A stretch of 64,000 nucleotides of DNA, taken from contig CM052817.1 of the NCBI GenBank assembly GCA_028534125.1, forward strand, positions 61,940,001-62,004,000, read 5' to 3'. The notes below the pieces were generated by a model. The model saw only the letters and a program-made list of their open reading frames with translations. It ran no database searches and had not been told where the DNA came from. Position numbers and translations under genes: made by a program. The stretch comes from Lama glama (lineage: Eukaryota). Shown here piece after piece: positions 36,470 to 49,444 of this stretch (its first letter is position 1; each line of letters starts with the position of its first letter).

Positions 36470-38130
36470 GGGCTCATGGAATTTTACAGGAGGAAGGGCC
36501 CTAAGGGTCTACAAGCACAGAGCTTCCCTGCATCATGTTGACACGTGGCTACTGCTTTAAACTAATCCAACACTGCAGCCCACTTCTCCTTCAGGGGTCT
36601 TCTCATCTATTAGCAGTTCAAATTTAAAGGACATTCTTCCTTAGAACAAACACAGTTTGCCTTCCTGACACTTCTCTCCACATATTCTTGACCTGCATTC
36701 TCTCCAGTTTGGTCTGAAAGAAACTTTTAAATTTTGAGATTATTATGGTATCTCTAAAGTCTTCTTTCCTCCCAACCAAACATCCTCAGTTTTTGCAACT
36801 TCAGCTAGAAATACACGGTTTCCCAATCTCTCCCTATAATTCTATCTTTATTTTCATAGAGATGTCTGTCAGTGTTTCAATGTCTTCACTAGAGTGGAGC
36901 ATCTTGAAATGAATGTAAGATAGTCACCCCTCAGTATCCTTAGAAGGTTGGGTCCCGAACTCCCTGCAGCTACCAAAATCCCCAGATGTTCAAGTTCCTT
37001 ATATAAAATGGCAGAGTATTATATAAAATAGCATATAACCATTACATAAAAATTATATAACCACTATAAAAATTTTATAATCATTTATAACCAAAAAATT
37101 AGATCACTCTTATAAAATATGTTATATAACCTAGGCAAATCCTTCCATATACTTTAAATCATCTCTAGATTACTTATAATACCCAATACAACGTAAATGC
37201 TATTTAAATAGTTGCCAGCATGCTGTAAATTCAAGTTTTGGTTTTGGAACTTTCTGGAAAAAAATCACTTTTTCCAAATTTATTGATCTGAGTTGGTCAA
37301 ATCTGCAGACACAGAACCCACAGACACAGAGGGCCAATGACATTCAAGTACACAGTATAGGGGGACTGGTGTTTTCTTTGCTTAGGAATATGTAGTTATA
37401 TCAATGCCTCACAAAATTGTTGCCTTAGATTATTTGCAACCAATTAATTACTTATATTATTTAGCAGACTTGAGTTAGATGGGAAGATAGAGATAATATG
37501 GTTAAGCAACTCTTTTATAAAAGAAGGCAATGAAGCCCCAAGAAGGTTAAGTAATTTGTTAAAGCTAACCACTCTATGTACTTCTAACATGAGAGGCTCT
37601 TAGGCTGTCTTTATAGGTCTGTGGTTGCAATGATGGCTTTTGAACCTATAAAGAGAAATTTATATTTAGCTATCTAATTACACTTAATTGTTTTAGGAAA
37701 ATTTTTAGGTTGTCTATGCCTTAATGCTGTATCTTTCCTCCAAATACAGGCTATCTCTTCCAGTCTTTTATCCTCCATAAATCTGATATGCCTGCCATTT
37801 ATGTTCTCATTCTAATCATTTATAACACTGTAATACAAGAATAGGGCAAAGACAGAGACCTTGTCAAGGACACTACTTGAAACCTCTCTCCAGTCTGACA
37901 TCAATACTTAGAGCTACTTAGTTCACTCAAATATAAACCCATTAAAATGTACATTGTACAGTTCATATTCTTCATTTCATTCACACAAATATTACAGAGG
38001 ATATATCAAGTTCCTTTACAATTGCAACAGCCACTTGAAATGGATTTTTCCCTTGTCTTTACCTACGGTTAATATATTAATACTTCATAATATAGAAGTT
38101 AGCTTATATCTATGGCTTACCCTCACTTAA
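36470..38130 (-). mobile_element. L3/CR1 LINE fossil, interrupted by a MER2-like element
   Basis: CR1-like motifs: 3' end catggaattttacaggaggaagggccct; RT region atagggcaaagacagagaccttgtcaaggacactacttgaaacctctctccag; ends approximate. Confidence 0.6.
36921..37339 (+). mobile_element. MER2-like TcMar-Tigger MITE
   Basis: TIRs tagtcacccctcagtatc / gacacagagggccaatg; diagnostic tatactttaaatcatctctagattacttataatacccaatacaacgtaaatgcta. Confidence 0.85.
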
Positions 38131-38168
38131 CATTCAATGAATGATAGTAGCTGTTATTTTTTTAATAT

Positions 38169-38591
38169 TGTTGGAAAACTATTCTCTATGGATCTCTCAT
38201 GTTTCTTCACGGTCCTGATTGTCTTTTCAAGGTAACTGTATGGCAATCACCTTGGAAGCCAAAGATAGTGCTTACCTCTGGAGCAAACGGCAGACATGCC
38301 TACTTCCCATTAGAAAAGACTCAGGTTCCCTGAGCTCAGTGGTCTGTTCCTGGCGTGCAACCACCCAGTGTATAGATGTCGTCTGTCTTCACCTCACCCT
38401 TCCAGAACTGGGGCTTGGGAAACCAGCACAAAAATGGTAATACTTTGGTAAGTGCTATGGCTGTGAGTAATAAACTGCCTTCTGTCTGACCCAGGAGTCT
38501 TGTGTCACTTATCAGCATCTACAAAATGGTGGTGGCCAACTTAGTAGGTCATAAGTAAGGTCAAATCTTAGAAATCCCTAAGTTCTTGGTA
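38169..38591 (+). mobile_element. LTR40-like (ERVL) solo LTR
   Basis: Starts tgttggaaaactattctctatggatctctc; contains gctgtgagtaataaa and ctgacccaggagtcttgtgtc; ends agttcttggta; near-TSD aatat/attat. Confidence 0.75.
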
Positions 38592-40054
38592 ATTATTTTT
38601 ATCAGGTCTAAGAACTCAGTTAAAATTTGGCATATTTTCCCCTTAATAAAACTTGGCTATCAGCACTTCCTCTCTCATTCTAAAATTTCACTAGAATCTC
38701 ACCAACCTGTGGCTTTTCTTCCTATTCAGAACATTAAAAAAAATGATCTCTTTAGTCTTTTAATATCATCTCCATTCTCACTGAGTAACAACATAGTTTT
38801 ATTAAGTGTAAAGTTATCAAAATACTTGGAAATGTACTTATTTGGAATTACAGGGCGAGTGGCAGCTTGAGAACTCATTACTATCCCCTTTCGGTTTTCA
38901 TTTCCTCTGAACGCAGCTTGTCCTCCTTAGTTCCAGTCTGAAATTCATTTTCTTAGAACATGAGTGAAGTCTTGCTTTCACGGCGTCAAAGTTGATATTA
39001 CGCTGTTTGCCCTAAGCAGTTACCAAATTCTTGCTTAGTCTGTTTTCCTACTGGAGCAGCAAAAAGTGATGGCTGCATTTTTCTGAGCACTACTCTTACC
39101 TTTTAGTTACAAGCGTTACCTTGAGAAGTGAGCATTAAACTTTTAAGGATGGAGACTAAAGTGGAATCCACTTCAAGTGGCCCTTACAATAGAGGTGGGG
39201 ACTGGGAACATCTGTCTCTCGGTCTGCTGTGAGCAGCGGGCGCTGGAGGCAGGAGGAGGAGGGACTCTTCTCATCACTGGGTTGGAACAGAAGGGAGCAG
39301 GCTCCCCGCTGGGCCAGGGCGCTGTCAGGCCTGCACTCCCCTGGCATGCAATATTGATGGGCACCATTCTTGGAGGAGGGCTAGCAAAGGAAGGAAGGGG
39401 CAGTAGGTGTCAAAAGAATTTATTAACCCAGTGAGGTGCGAGAATGTAATGAATAGGGAAGTAGTGGTGTGGAATTCATAACAGGGAATGAAAAACAAAG
39501 AAGTAACGATAAGAATCTTCTGGTGTTTTCAAGATGAAAGAAGTAGCATTGAAACTGGAAACATTTCCAAGCATATATGGAAGGAGCCACTTAGGGAAGG
39601 TTAAGACTTAACTACGAAACCAAAGGTTTTCGTATTTTAAATCTACATTTCCTTTATTCACATAAAGGGGTGGGGTTATTAAAATACATAAAACAAAAAG
39701 AGTAGGAAATAAATACAAATAAATCTACTTCTTGTTTTTGCAACGGGTTTTCTCCTTTATGTCTCATATGTTATCTAAGATATTTAAGCAAACATTCTGT
39801 AAATATTAATTGCAGATGATATGGAAATGAACTCAAAGCAAAAATTAGCTACAGAAAGAGCGATTAAGTAGAATTCAGTAGTGAACAGTGATCATGTTTT
39901 AAAGGCTTTTCAAAGCCCAACAAGGATAAAATCATGGTTAATGCCGGATGGATTCTAAGAACTTTAGGACAAAGCCCTCCGAGAGGAGTTTTAGTTTCCT
40001 ATAGGATTGTCTCCTCTGCTTGCTGTTATCAGCAAGGAGAACTTCTCTGACACA

Positions 40055-40250
40055 GAAGTGCACAATTTACAAAACTTTCATAAAACCTATTGCATTTGCT
40101 GCCCAAGGCACACTGGTAAGGTAGTCCAGATAAGTATTTATATTACCTTTTCCCCCCGAAAGAGGCAACAGAAATCTAGAGATATTAACACACTTGCCTA
40201 AAGCCACAAAGCTAGCTATGGGCAAAGCTAAGATCCAAACACAAGTCATT
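40055..40250 (-). mobile_element. MIR SINE
   Basis: cacttgcctaaagccacaaagctagctatgggcaaagctaagatccaaacacaagtc. Confidence 0.6.
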
Positions 40251-43159
40251 TGGTTTCTTTTACACAGTGGTATGTTCTGGGTTGCTTATCTGGACTTAGG
40301 GCCTTAAGAAAAGTTTAGGGTCTGTTTGCTAGAACAAGCTCAAAGCTGCTTCTTGAAAAGAACCTGTCTCCATCTGTCGCTGTGTGGAAATGAGATGCCT
40401 TCTATTAACACACATGCCTTTTGTCAGGTCCCTCAGGATGACAATCCCACCCTAGGCTCAGCTGCCTTTTAAAACACACGGTTTCACGTATAACTGGCAT
40501 TTGGAATATCTGCACTCTAGGTACCTGACAGGGAATATCTAACTCACTTGCTATCAAAAGCTCAATTGAGCAAAAAAAAATATTTATGGAAGCTACTCTG
40601 AAGGGCGTGCCCCCATTTCCCTAGACAGGCCAAAATCTGTCCCTGGATTAAGCTGGAACAGCTAAGTATTATGCCCTGGACTGAACTGCAGCATCCTTGT
40701 GGAATTATTTTACTGAATTTATCCTTGGGCCTTATACTCTCTGCTCACACCGAGGAATACTAACGAAGCTTACTGCTGTTTTCATCTTTTAAATGTTGTT
40801 CACTGTATGAACAAAATGTTTTCTTTATGAGGAACCAAAAGAGAAATAACTGAGCTTCTTCCAGGCATATTTTTCCCTTATGGACAGATACATGGATCTT
40901 GTAACTTACCATGTCCCCCTCTTGCAAGCTTTGAAACAGTAAATTCATGATCTATTAACAAGAAATATGCTGGGAATTACACCAAATATTTTATATTCTA
41001 AATGGTCACCTGCTTTATCTTTTCTAATCTAATTTTTTCCATCTTGTCTTTGTTTTCATCCACTTATTTAAAAAAAAAATTCCTCCCACTGTAAAGACTG
41101 CTTTCATAAATCACTTTGAATCCTTCCTTTAGATGTTGGATTTCAATAAATAAGCACTGTGGAGAACAGTGAGAGAATAAGATTTAAAAATACCTGGACT
41201 CCACTCCTTTCCCCCTCTATTTTTAAGTCTTTTTATAGCTGTTCCTTCAAGCAAAAATTTAGGACTCTACCTAAAAGGAGAATATCACTGAGTTTCACTG
41301 AGAAATAATAATGTCAATTACTACTTTATAAAGTTCCAAACAACACATTAAAATAAATGAAAACTTTCTGCTATATGATTACATACACAAGAAAATTTGG
41401 CCCACTATCCTCACATATTACTGTATCATTCATATTCAGTAAATACAAGGACAGTTGTAATTGCCTCACCACTAAGTCACACCTTAAATCCGTCCGACTG
41501 GGACTGCATCCTTTAAAAAAGTCCTGAAGGCCAGCCGTGTCCTACAGTTGACAAATCTGATAGCTTTTTGAATTACTATTCTCTTTCTCTACATTTTAAT
41601 TTTAGTAATACCTCTGTCAATCACTTCCTCCATTTTGAAACTCTCTTTACCTCTGATTTTGTCCTATTGTACCTATAACTGTCCATTCTTTCATTCAAAA
41701 ATATTCACTGAGGTGCAACTATATATATATTAAGCTAGATGCAAACTCCTATCTGCCTTATCCTTACACGTTCCATTTAGTTTTGCTCATCATACTCAAG
41801 CCTTAAATAAGAACATTTCCCAAAGGTCTTCCCCCAGTTCTCTTCTTTCTGCCTCTGCACCTTTTCCCTCAGAGGATCTGCTTGCTGGTGACTGGCCTCT
41901 GCGTCTCCAGCACGCATCCCAGACCCCCTCTCGCACACATTGCACATCCGAGTCACAGTCTGTCCCTCCTCTCCTTGAACCAGTTGCTGCTTCTGGCCCC
42001 CATATTGCTCTCCCAATTTTCCCAGTGCCCCAGGCTTGATTCCTGAGTATATGCTTTCTGCTTTGCCACTCTTCTGTCAAACTTGTAACCAGTTGTGAAA
42101 CACTTTTTCTTCTGAAATATATTTTTCTTTCCATTCTGCAGACTCAGGTCAGGCTCCTCCCCTCCCCTCTCACGCCCTGATTAATGCCAGGGGCCCAGCC
42201 AGGCCCCTGCCTTCATGGGAGACTCTTTCTGTTTCCTCCACAGGCTCACCCTGTACACTGTCTCCAGATCAGTGTTTAAAAAGCACTCCTATTCTGGCAG
42301 CACTTGACCGCTCAGAGAACTTCCATGGTTCCCCACAGTATACCAAAAAAAAAAAAAAAGTTCTATTTACCATTATATTTGGAAAGCCTAAATTGATTTT
42401 TTTTCTTTTGCCTTTTGAGAAAACTGCTAGGCAAGTAAAGAACAGAGGAAGGGAAAATTAACATTCGTATCTTCAATTCAAATTGTTTTTCAATAAGAAA
42501 TGACAAAAGGCAAAATTTCAGTCTGAGTCAGGCTCATTTTTTTTTAAACTGCTACTGGAAACAAGGCAAAAAGGCCCACATTAGTGCTGTGAACTGTGGG
42601 AATTCTACCCGCAGTGGGGAAACAGGTTTGCAGCTTCTCGGGGGATGTGTAAAGCAGGAGAGCTAGAAATTGCGAGCGCAGCCCTGCAGCTCGGTCCCCT
42701 TTCAGGCAGAGACAGCCCATCCTGTCCCTGCAGCTCATTTAAGCTGCTCATCTGCCATTCCAGCTTTCTCTTAGCACATATTCTGTAATGATAAGGCCCC
42801 CTCTTGTCACGTTCACTTGCCACATGTAATTAAGTTCACACCTCCCTTTAGACAGTTCATATCAGCAGATGACCAGCTGGATACCACCCAGCTGGAAAAA
42901 CATCCAGTTTTGGATGCAATAAGGCAATCAGAGAGGGGGAAAACAGAGAAAAATAATCAGAATTTTCCTGTAAATGCCTTAAATTAAAACTCATATCGTC
43001 TGATATCCTCACAGTGTCTTCTCTGAAAGAAGTTCTGACATCATGTAAGGCTAGAAAGGGTCTCTGGTGAGCAGCAGGAAGACACCACGTTCAGTAATGC
43101 ACTATGATCAGAAGGCAGAGGCTGCTTGTGTACAGGGGCCTGCGGAGTGGGGGTGGCGT

Positions 43160-43380
43160 GTTACAGAGCAGAAAAGCTCTGTGATGAGATAACTTGGGTG
43201 TGAATTTCACCTTCCCTCACTTGGTAACTGGGAAAGCTTGGCTATGTGACTTAATCTCCCTGTGCCCTAGTTTTTGATCTTTAAAGTGGCGCTCATCCTA
43301 ACTTGGAGAGCTGCAGTGAGGAATAAATGAAGTTAGAAATATGCTGACTATATGGTACCTATGTTTTACATTATTATTAT
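43160..43380 (+). mobile_element. MIR SINE
   Basis: ttgggtgtgaatttcaccttccctcactt...gtgacttaatctccctgtgccctagttttt...gtgaggaataaatga. Confidence 0.7.
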
Positions 43381-45358
43381 ATCCTAAAACACATTCTCAT
43401 CATTGTCTTTTTATAAGAAAACTGCACCCAGTGCACGGCAGAAAATTAGTGAAGGGAGGACTTTCTCATTTATTTGAGACAGTTACCCTCCTGTGTTTAG
43501 TCCTTGTTTTATGGTCTCTTGCGCATATTTTCTTTGAGATCTTGAGGTTTCTCTAGCTTAATTTTTATAAACAGAACTTCTTTGATGCACACAGAATTTA
43601 ATATAGTCAGTCCCTCTGCACTTAACTTCAGGTGGTAGGCATAGTAAGGAGTGATTTATAGTTTCCTTTTCTTTAAAGTCAAAGGCAGAGGAGCCTAAAT
43701 GCCAAAGTGCCTACTTTATCAGTTTTCTGTTTTCTCTCCATCTAAAGTGTACAATTATCCCGGTCAGGGTGCCAGCTAACCCGTGGGAAGGAAAACCACA
43801 GGAGGCACCTGAGTGTCTCATCTTTCAGCCTCAGCATGCCTTGCAGCAGCCCCTTGAGACGTGATCTTCAGCTAAAGATAGTGGTGATTGGATGGAAAGT
43901 AAGAGACCCTGAACACCTCACTGCTTCTCAGCATAAAACACAAGTCAATCCTCATTTCTGTTTAAACAAAATGTCCATGTTGGCCAAGACCCTGGGGGCC
44001 GGATGTACTTAATGCTAACCTTGACTCCGGACAAGAGAAAGAAGGAAACAACAATATAAAAGGGATCCTGGAGTTGGCTAATCTTCATTTCTGCGGCTGC
44101 CAAAGAAGGGCGGGTGCTCTCAGGGCCTGTGAATGTTACTTTGCACTGAGAATGAAAAAATGAATATTTGATGTGAGCAAATACAAGCCTTTTAGTGATA
44201 TTCTGTTGCTCGAATTTGAGGCCCATGAATAATGCTCAAGGAATTTTATTATTTTCTTAGATAGACTGGTGTTTGTGCAGGTGAAACTGCACCATGTGAG
44301 GGAAACAACATCCTGGGTCCTACAGATTATAAATATCAACATCTCCGCCTGAGAGCGTAATAAAAGCTTTCCGGCTACTGAACAAGACTGAAAATGGATG
44401 TTTTTCTGAGCATAAAGGAGGAGGAGAAAGGGTATAATGTGTTGTAATGATAACCTAGTTCTACATTCGTCACTCACGCTTTGCACTCAGAGCTCAGGGC
44501 TGAGGAGCTGACGCCTTTCCCCTTGGGGAAAACAATGATAATTACATGTAAGGATCTTCATTTAACAAACTCTCTTATTTTAAGATCTCAGCACACTTCA
44601 GAAGCACTAATCAGTCAGGCCTCTAAAGCACTATTTACCGTGCATGCTTTATGTGAGAACTAATCAAGAAAGACCAGATACAATTTGTTAGAGGCCAAAC
44701 TGAAAATTGAATTTAGGACTTCGAAACTCCTCTTGTTATTTTTACTTAAAATAACTTCATCTTTATGATTATGACACATTCAAAACAGCCCTTAGATTCA
44801 ACCTAGTTTTAATCAACCTTAGATCTATTCAGAAAGCCCCAAGTGTGGATTTTTTTGGGTGCTAAATGTAAGAAGGAGGTTGGTAACACTTAAAAACTGG
44901 AAGACAGTCACAAAAAGAAGAATCTGCAGGTGAGAATAAAGTGCCAGGGGGAGGCAGGGGTTAAGAGGCTGTCTAATTCTTTGTGATCTTTCACCCTATA
45001 ATGGCAACAGGCCAGACCCCTGAGCCAGGCCACATGAAGCCGATGTCTCTTTGTTTACCCGTGTACCTCCTGCCCAATCTACGGATCACATTTCTGGCCA
45101 CTGTTCTCAGCTAGTGTGGCCACAGGTCCACTTGGGAAAAGATCTCTGGCCTTCTGCCCATATTCAAGACCTGCAGAAGTGTCTGGAGCTTCAAAGACAA
45201 AGAAAAGTCAAAGCTGACCTTTTATAGGTCTACGGGGCAAAGGATATGCCGGAAGCAGGGCACTCAAGACAAAAACACGTTGGCTTTTTTCTTTCTAGTG
45301 TACAGTCCTTCAAGTCAGACATTGATAGAGTCAAGTGCACCAAAACAAGCATATTTAC

Positions 45359-45446
45359 CTCATATTTTCTTTCCTGTGTACAGTCACATACATTTCGTAG
45401 ACTCTCCCTTGGGGAATGGCCCCAGCGGGAATCAGCAAGCTTACTC
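45359..45446 (-). CDS. UNC5C: UNC5C exon 10 (ZU5): (G)[28 protein letters not shown](R)
   Basis: Not in frame in the ORF track, translated by hand. Acceptor ttcag|GA, donor AG|gtaaat, 88 nt, phase 1-2. Confidence 0.96.
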
Positions 45447-46096
45447 CTGAATAGCAAAAGAGAAAAGCAGTCACATAAGACCTATGAATCAAAAGAGAAC
45501 TTCACAGAATGCCTTTGAAGCGAGTGAAAAGGAGTAAGGAGATTCTGTGGCCACGTAGCCATAAGCTGGCTGCTTTTTCTCTAAAGACATGCAACTATTC
45601 ATAGCTGCCCCGCTTTCCTTCCTTATCGGCCTTATTTGTTACCACAGCTCCCTCTGAACTGTTACGGAATTGCTTAAAGGAATGATGTAATTTTTTAAAC
45701 TCCTGTTTTATTTAAGGAATAGACAGATGGTTCCACTGTTGTTTTCCTTATAAAACGAAGGGAAAACCAACAACTGCTCTTAAAACTTCAAACAGCTGTT
45801 AATGATGCATCGTTTCTAATTAAAAAAAGAAAATCCCCACAAGATTCAAAGTCAGGAAAATGCTAACCTCAACAGTATCAAAAACGTTTACTTCTGAAGT
45901 ATCTGGTTAGCATCAGTGTTTTTCCATAACAGAATAATTGGTGAAGAACGTCTTTCATCATACATAACTCTAGAAAGTGAAAGTCACTGCTAGTTTTAGT
46001 CATTGGCAGGGCAGGCAGGTTTTTACTTAGCTGCTAATTGGTGCATTTGTAGGACTATTGGCTTCAGCTCTGTTCTAAGTTAACTGTGCCTATAGC

Positions 46097-46272
46097 CCTG
46101 GTTTGCAACTTGAGGTTGCATCAGAATCACCTGGAGGATTTGCAAACGCACAGATTACTGGATCCTACCCCCGGAGTTTCTGATTCAGAAGGTCTGGGGA
46201 AACTCTAGCTCTAACTAGTTGCCTGGTGGTGCCAATGATGGCAGACTGTGGACCACACTGTGGGAACCACTG
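46097..46272 (-). mobile_element. MER5A hAT-Charlie MITE
   Basis: tgcatcagaatcacctggaggatttg...ggagtttctgattcagaaggtctgggg...ggaccacactgtgggaaccactg. Confidence 0.85.
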
Positions 46273-48250
46273 GCCTGTACCACTGTGGCATCATCACAGA
46301 GAGTAATTCAGGGTGGGCAGCGACCTGAAGATACATGGCTCCATGATTTTATTCTAATAAATGTAGTTAATTTCAACTCAATAAAAATGTACATACATGA
46401 TTGTGAGTACAGGTGCTTGGCATACTGTGAATGCCAGAAGTAAAAGATAATGTTCTCGTCTTTGAGTAGCTTATAATTTACTTAGCAAGGAAGGGGAGTA
46501 TGCCAAATGAGCACAGCGCAATAAGGAAACGTGACCAACCACGCTGGAAAGCCTCAAGAGTAAAGAATGGAGAGTTGAAGCAGAATAAGTACTCAAAGCC
46601 TTTGTGTAACTGGTTGAAAAGGTTGAGGCATGGCCTTCTTGAGAAGGAAGCTGACATGTGTGCTGTGGTGCCAGGGGAGTGAAGGTCACGCTCATGTCAG
46701 GGTGGTTGGTGAGGCACAGAGTGGAAGCAGGAAGACCACCCATGAGGCGCCCAAGCCTCAGTATTTTTATTTTTCCCAGTGGGAACAATCAAATGTTCTT
46801 TTCTGTCTGTTATGGGGATGAAACAGAATTATGCATGTAAAGTAACAAGAATAAGGCATGACATATATTAGGTAACTACTGTTACTCTATTAAATAAAGT
46901 AATGCATGTAAGTCACTGTTCCCCAGGATAAAGTAGTTAAAACATGCTAGCTCCCTCCTTTCCACTTAGAAGCCTATATAGTAATTCATATGTGAAAAAG
47001 TGACAGGTGTAGAAATGGGAAGGAGAGGTAGAATCCAGTGAATATTATGAATAAAAATGTCTTGGGAATAATATAATGTTTAAACAATGAAAGAACAATA
47101 GAGTACATTTTGATCTATTAATTTTATAGACTTAAAATGTATTTAAAATCATGATTTTAAAGAGCATGCAATAGCATGAGAATAAGTTGAATAAAAGCAT
47201 TTTATATAATGTATAATCTCAGCTATGTAAAATATATTTTTAAAAAGGAAAAATGATATTCCATTAAATATTTCAGTTTATTAAAATGTACTTTTAAAGG
47301 TATGAGGTGAAAAATTGTGAGAGCAAGAATCAAAGACAAGTTCATATTCAGACCTGAAGACCAACTAGTTCTGTATATTACTTGGCTTTATGGCTGTTTA
47401 CACATTACATTCTCATCTTATGCCACATGAAGACCTTGGTTCAATCAGATTGTTTCTTTTTGCTGTACCTACAAAACACTCTGTCTTGTCCAAAAGAGCT
47501 ACCGTATGTTACAGAGGAATCGATTACCCCTCTTATAACTGAGTTCCAAACCCATAACTACTATTAATGAATACCAAACTTTAAACATTGTCACTAGCTT
47601 CACTATTCACGTTCACTATTTAAGAGCTTTATGGGGCTTATTTTCTAGAAGCAGACAACTAAATAAATAAACTGAAAACTGAGTAATAATACAAAAGGAA
47701 ACATGGTGAAGTTGTGATTCTGGGTAGATATACCAGAAGTAGGAGTGAGTACCTTATAAATACCTTGAGACTGAAGACTGTAATAAAGAGTTAAATTAAT
47801 AAATGAAGACTGGATGTCTGTTACGTCCTCTGATCATCTAAAGATCAGTATTCTGAAGTATTGCTTCCTGTAGGAGTTGGAACTGAACCAGCTGATACGT
47901 TTTCTAATTAATTTCTTTTAAAGTGTGATGACAACACTGAGGGCTTGTTACTTAATGTTGCCTTCTGAAGTTCTATTAAAAGGAAAGTCAGTGGCAGTTC
48001 TAAACAATGCCTTGGCAGAAAGTTGTGAGTATAATATTTCTAGAGGAAGTATTCTCAGAGTTGGCTGGAAGAAGATAAATGGTTTTGCTGATTTTGTCTG
48101 CAGTAATGTTTAGTTTACATCGAAAGTAGATTTGGTTTAGATAGGCTACATTTAACTTTTCAGGCCTAATGAAGACAAACAAAAAAGAGTTTGGTACAAG
48201 AATATGTTTTCAAGCTCTATCTCTGCAATGTAAAAACCTTTAGGAATTAC

Positions 48251-48595
48251 CTGAATTGGGAACAATAAGGTGACCCCCAAGGGAGTTGAAGGTGCCAAAC
48301 GCAGTGCAGGATGGGTCTGTCTGCCTTGCTAGACTCTGATTCTTCAGGTTGAGGGCCTCATTCTCCAACAAGGATTGGGTCATCTGAGGGGACAGCTTTG
48401 ATGCAAACTCAGAGAGGTCATCCTGGGGTGTGACAGCACCTGAGGTATTGTACACTTTGATTTTCAGGTTAGGCAGTGGATCCAGGATTGGAGAGTTGGT
48501 CATTGGGATTTTGTCCGAGACATCATGCAAGGCATAGACAGGTCCTCTGTACATGGCTGCAGCTGATGTGAGGTCTGGGGGTACCGCCAGGAGAT
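48251..48595 (-). CDS. UNC5C: UNC5C exon 9 (juxtamembrane region to ZU5 start): (D)[49 protein letters not shown]...[16 protein letters not shown](G)
   Basis: ORF 48240..48554; acceptor ctcag|AT, donor G|gtaatt, 345 nt. Confidence 0.97.
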
Positions 48596-49252
48596 CTGAG
48601 TCAGAAAGAGAAAGGACGTCCAGTTGCGTTCTTCATTCAGGCAACTTACATTAGTCAGACTTCCCCTGACACTTTCTGAACCAACAGCAAAGCAACTCAA
48701 CACATATTACATCTGGACAGACTAACATTGCTGAACACAAGGCAACTAGAGAGCTAGGATCTGTTCTAGTATTGGCCACAAATAAACAGATATGTTCATT
48801 CTATATTCTGCCTTGAAATCTATTCATTGCTTCTAAGGTATTTAGCTATTTCAGCAGACTGTATTCGTAGACGGGGATCCTTATTAGGTGACTATAGGTA
48901 ATAATTTCTCTTGTCTATACTGGTTTAGGGTTCATCTGTAGACCACTGTATTCATAGCAATACAAGATGCCTTGTCAAAAGGAAAAAGACTCAAGAAATC
49001 AATCAACCAATCTGTGTACTTAAAAGTATGACTTGAGAAACCTGTTAGAGAAGGAAAAAATGACTTATGCACCCTGTCAACTTTAATTTGTTATGTGAAT
49101 GAAGTTAACAAGTAACCAACAAAATAGACCAAAATCCCTGCCTTCAGGGAACTTACAGTCCAGCTGAACTGGGTGTTTTCATTGATTCTGAAGACACATA
49201 AGGAGGCTGCTTACATGCATAAGTCCAAGTGTGAAGGGCAGTGTCAACTGAC

Positions 49253-49444
49253 CTTGCCTTGCTGCCTTGATGTTCACAGGCTGAAAGCCTCCGTTGAGTG
49301 CGGAAGAGTCAATGATGTCAGACTCAAAGTCACGATGATTTTTCCGATACACAAAGAGAGCCACAACTACAGAAATGGCCAGGCAAACTATCACAGCTAT
49401 CACAATGCCAACATACAGAGCAACATCATCTGAATCAGGAGCAG
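49253..49444 (-). CDS. UNC5C: UNC5C exon 8 (transmembrane helix and caspase site): [63 protein letters not shown]
   Basis: Acceptor ctttag|CT, donor G|gtcagt, 192 nt; hydrophobic TM segment and DIID/S caspase motif. Confidence 0.97.

Noticed and set aside
45230..45518. ORF-track peptides overlapping exon 10
   Set aside because: Wrong frame or wrong strand; the true exon is 45359-45446 in another minus-strand frame.
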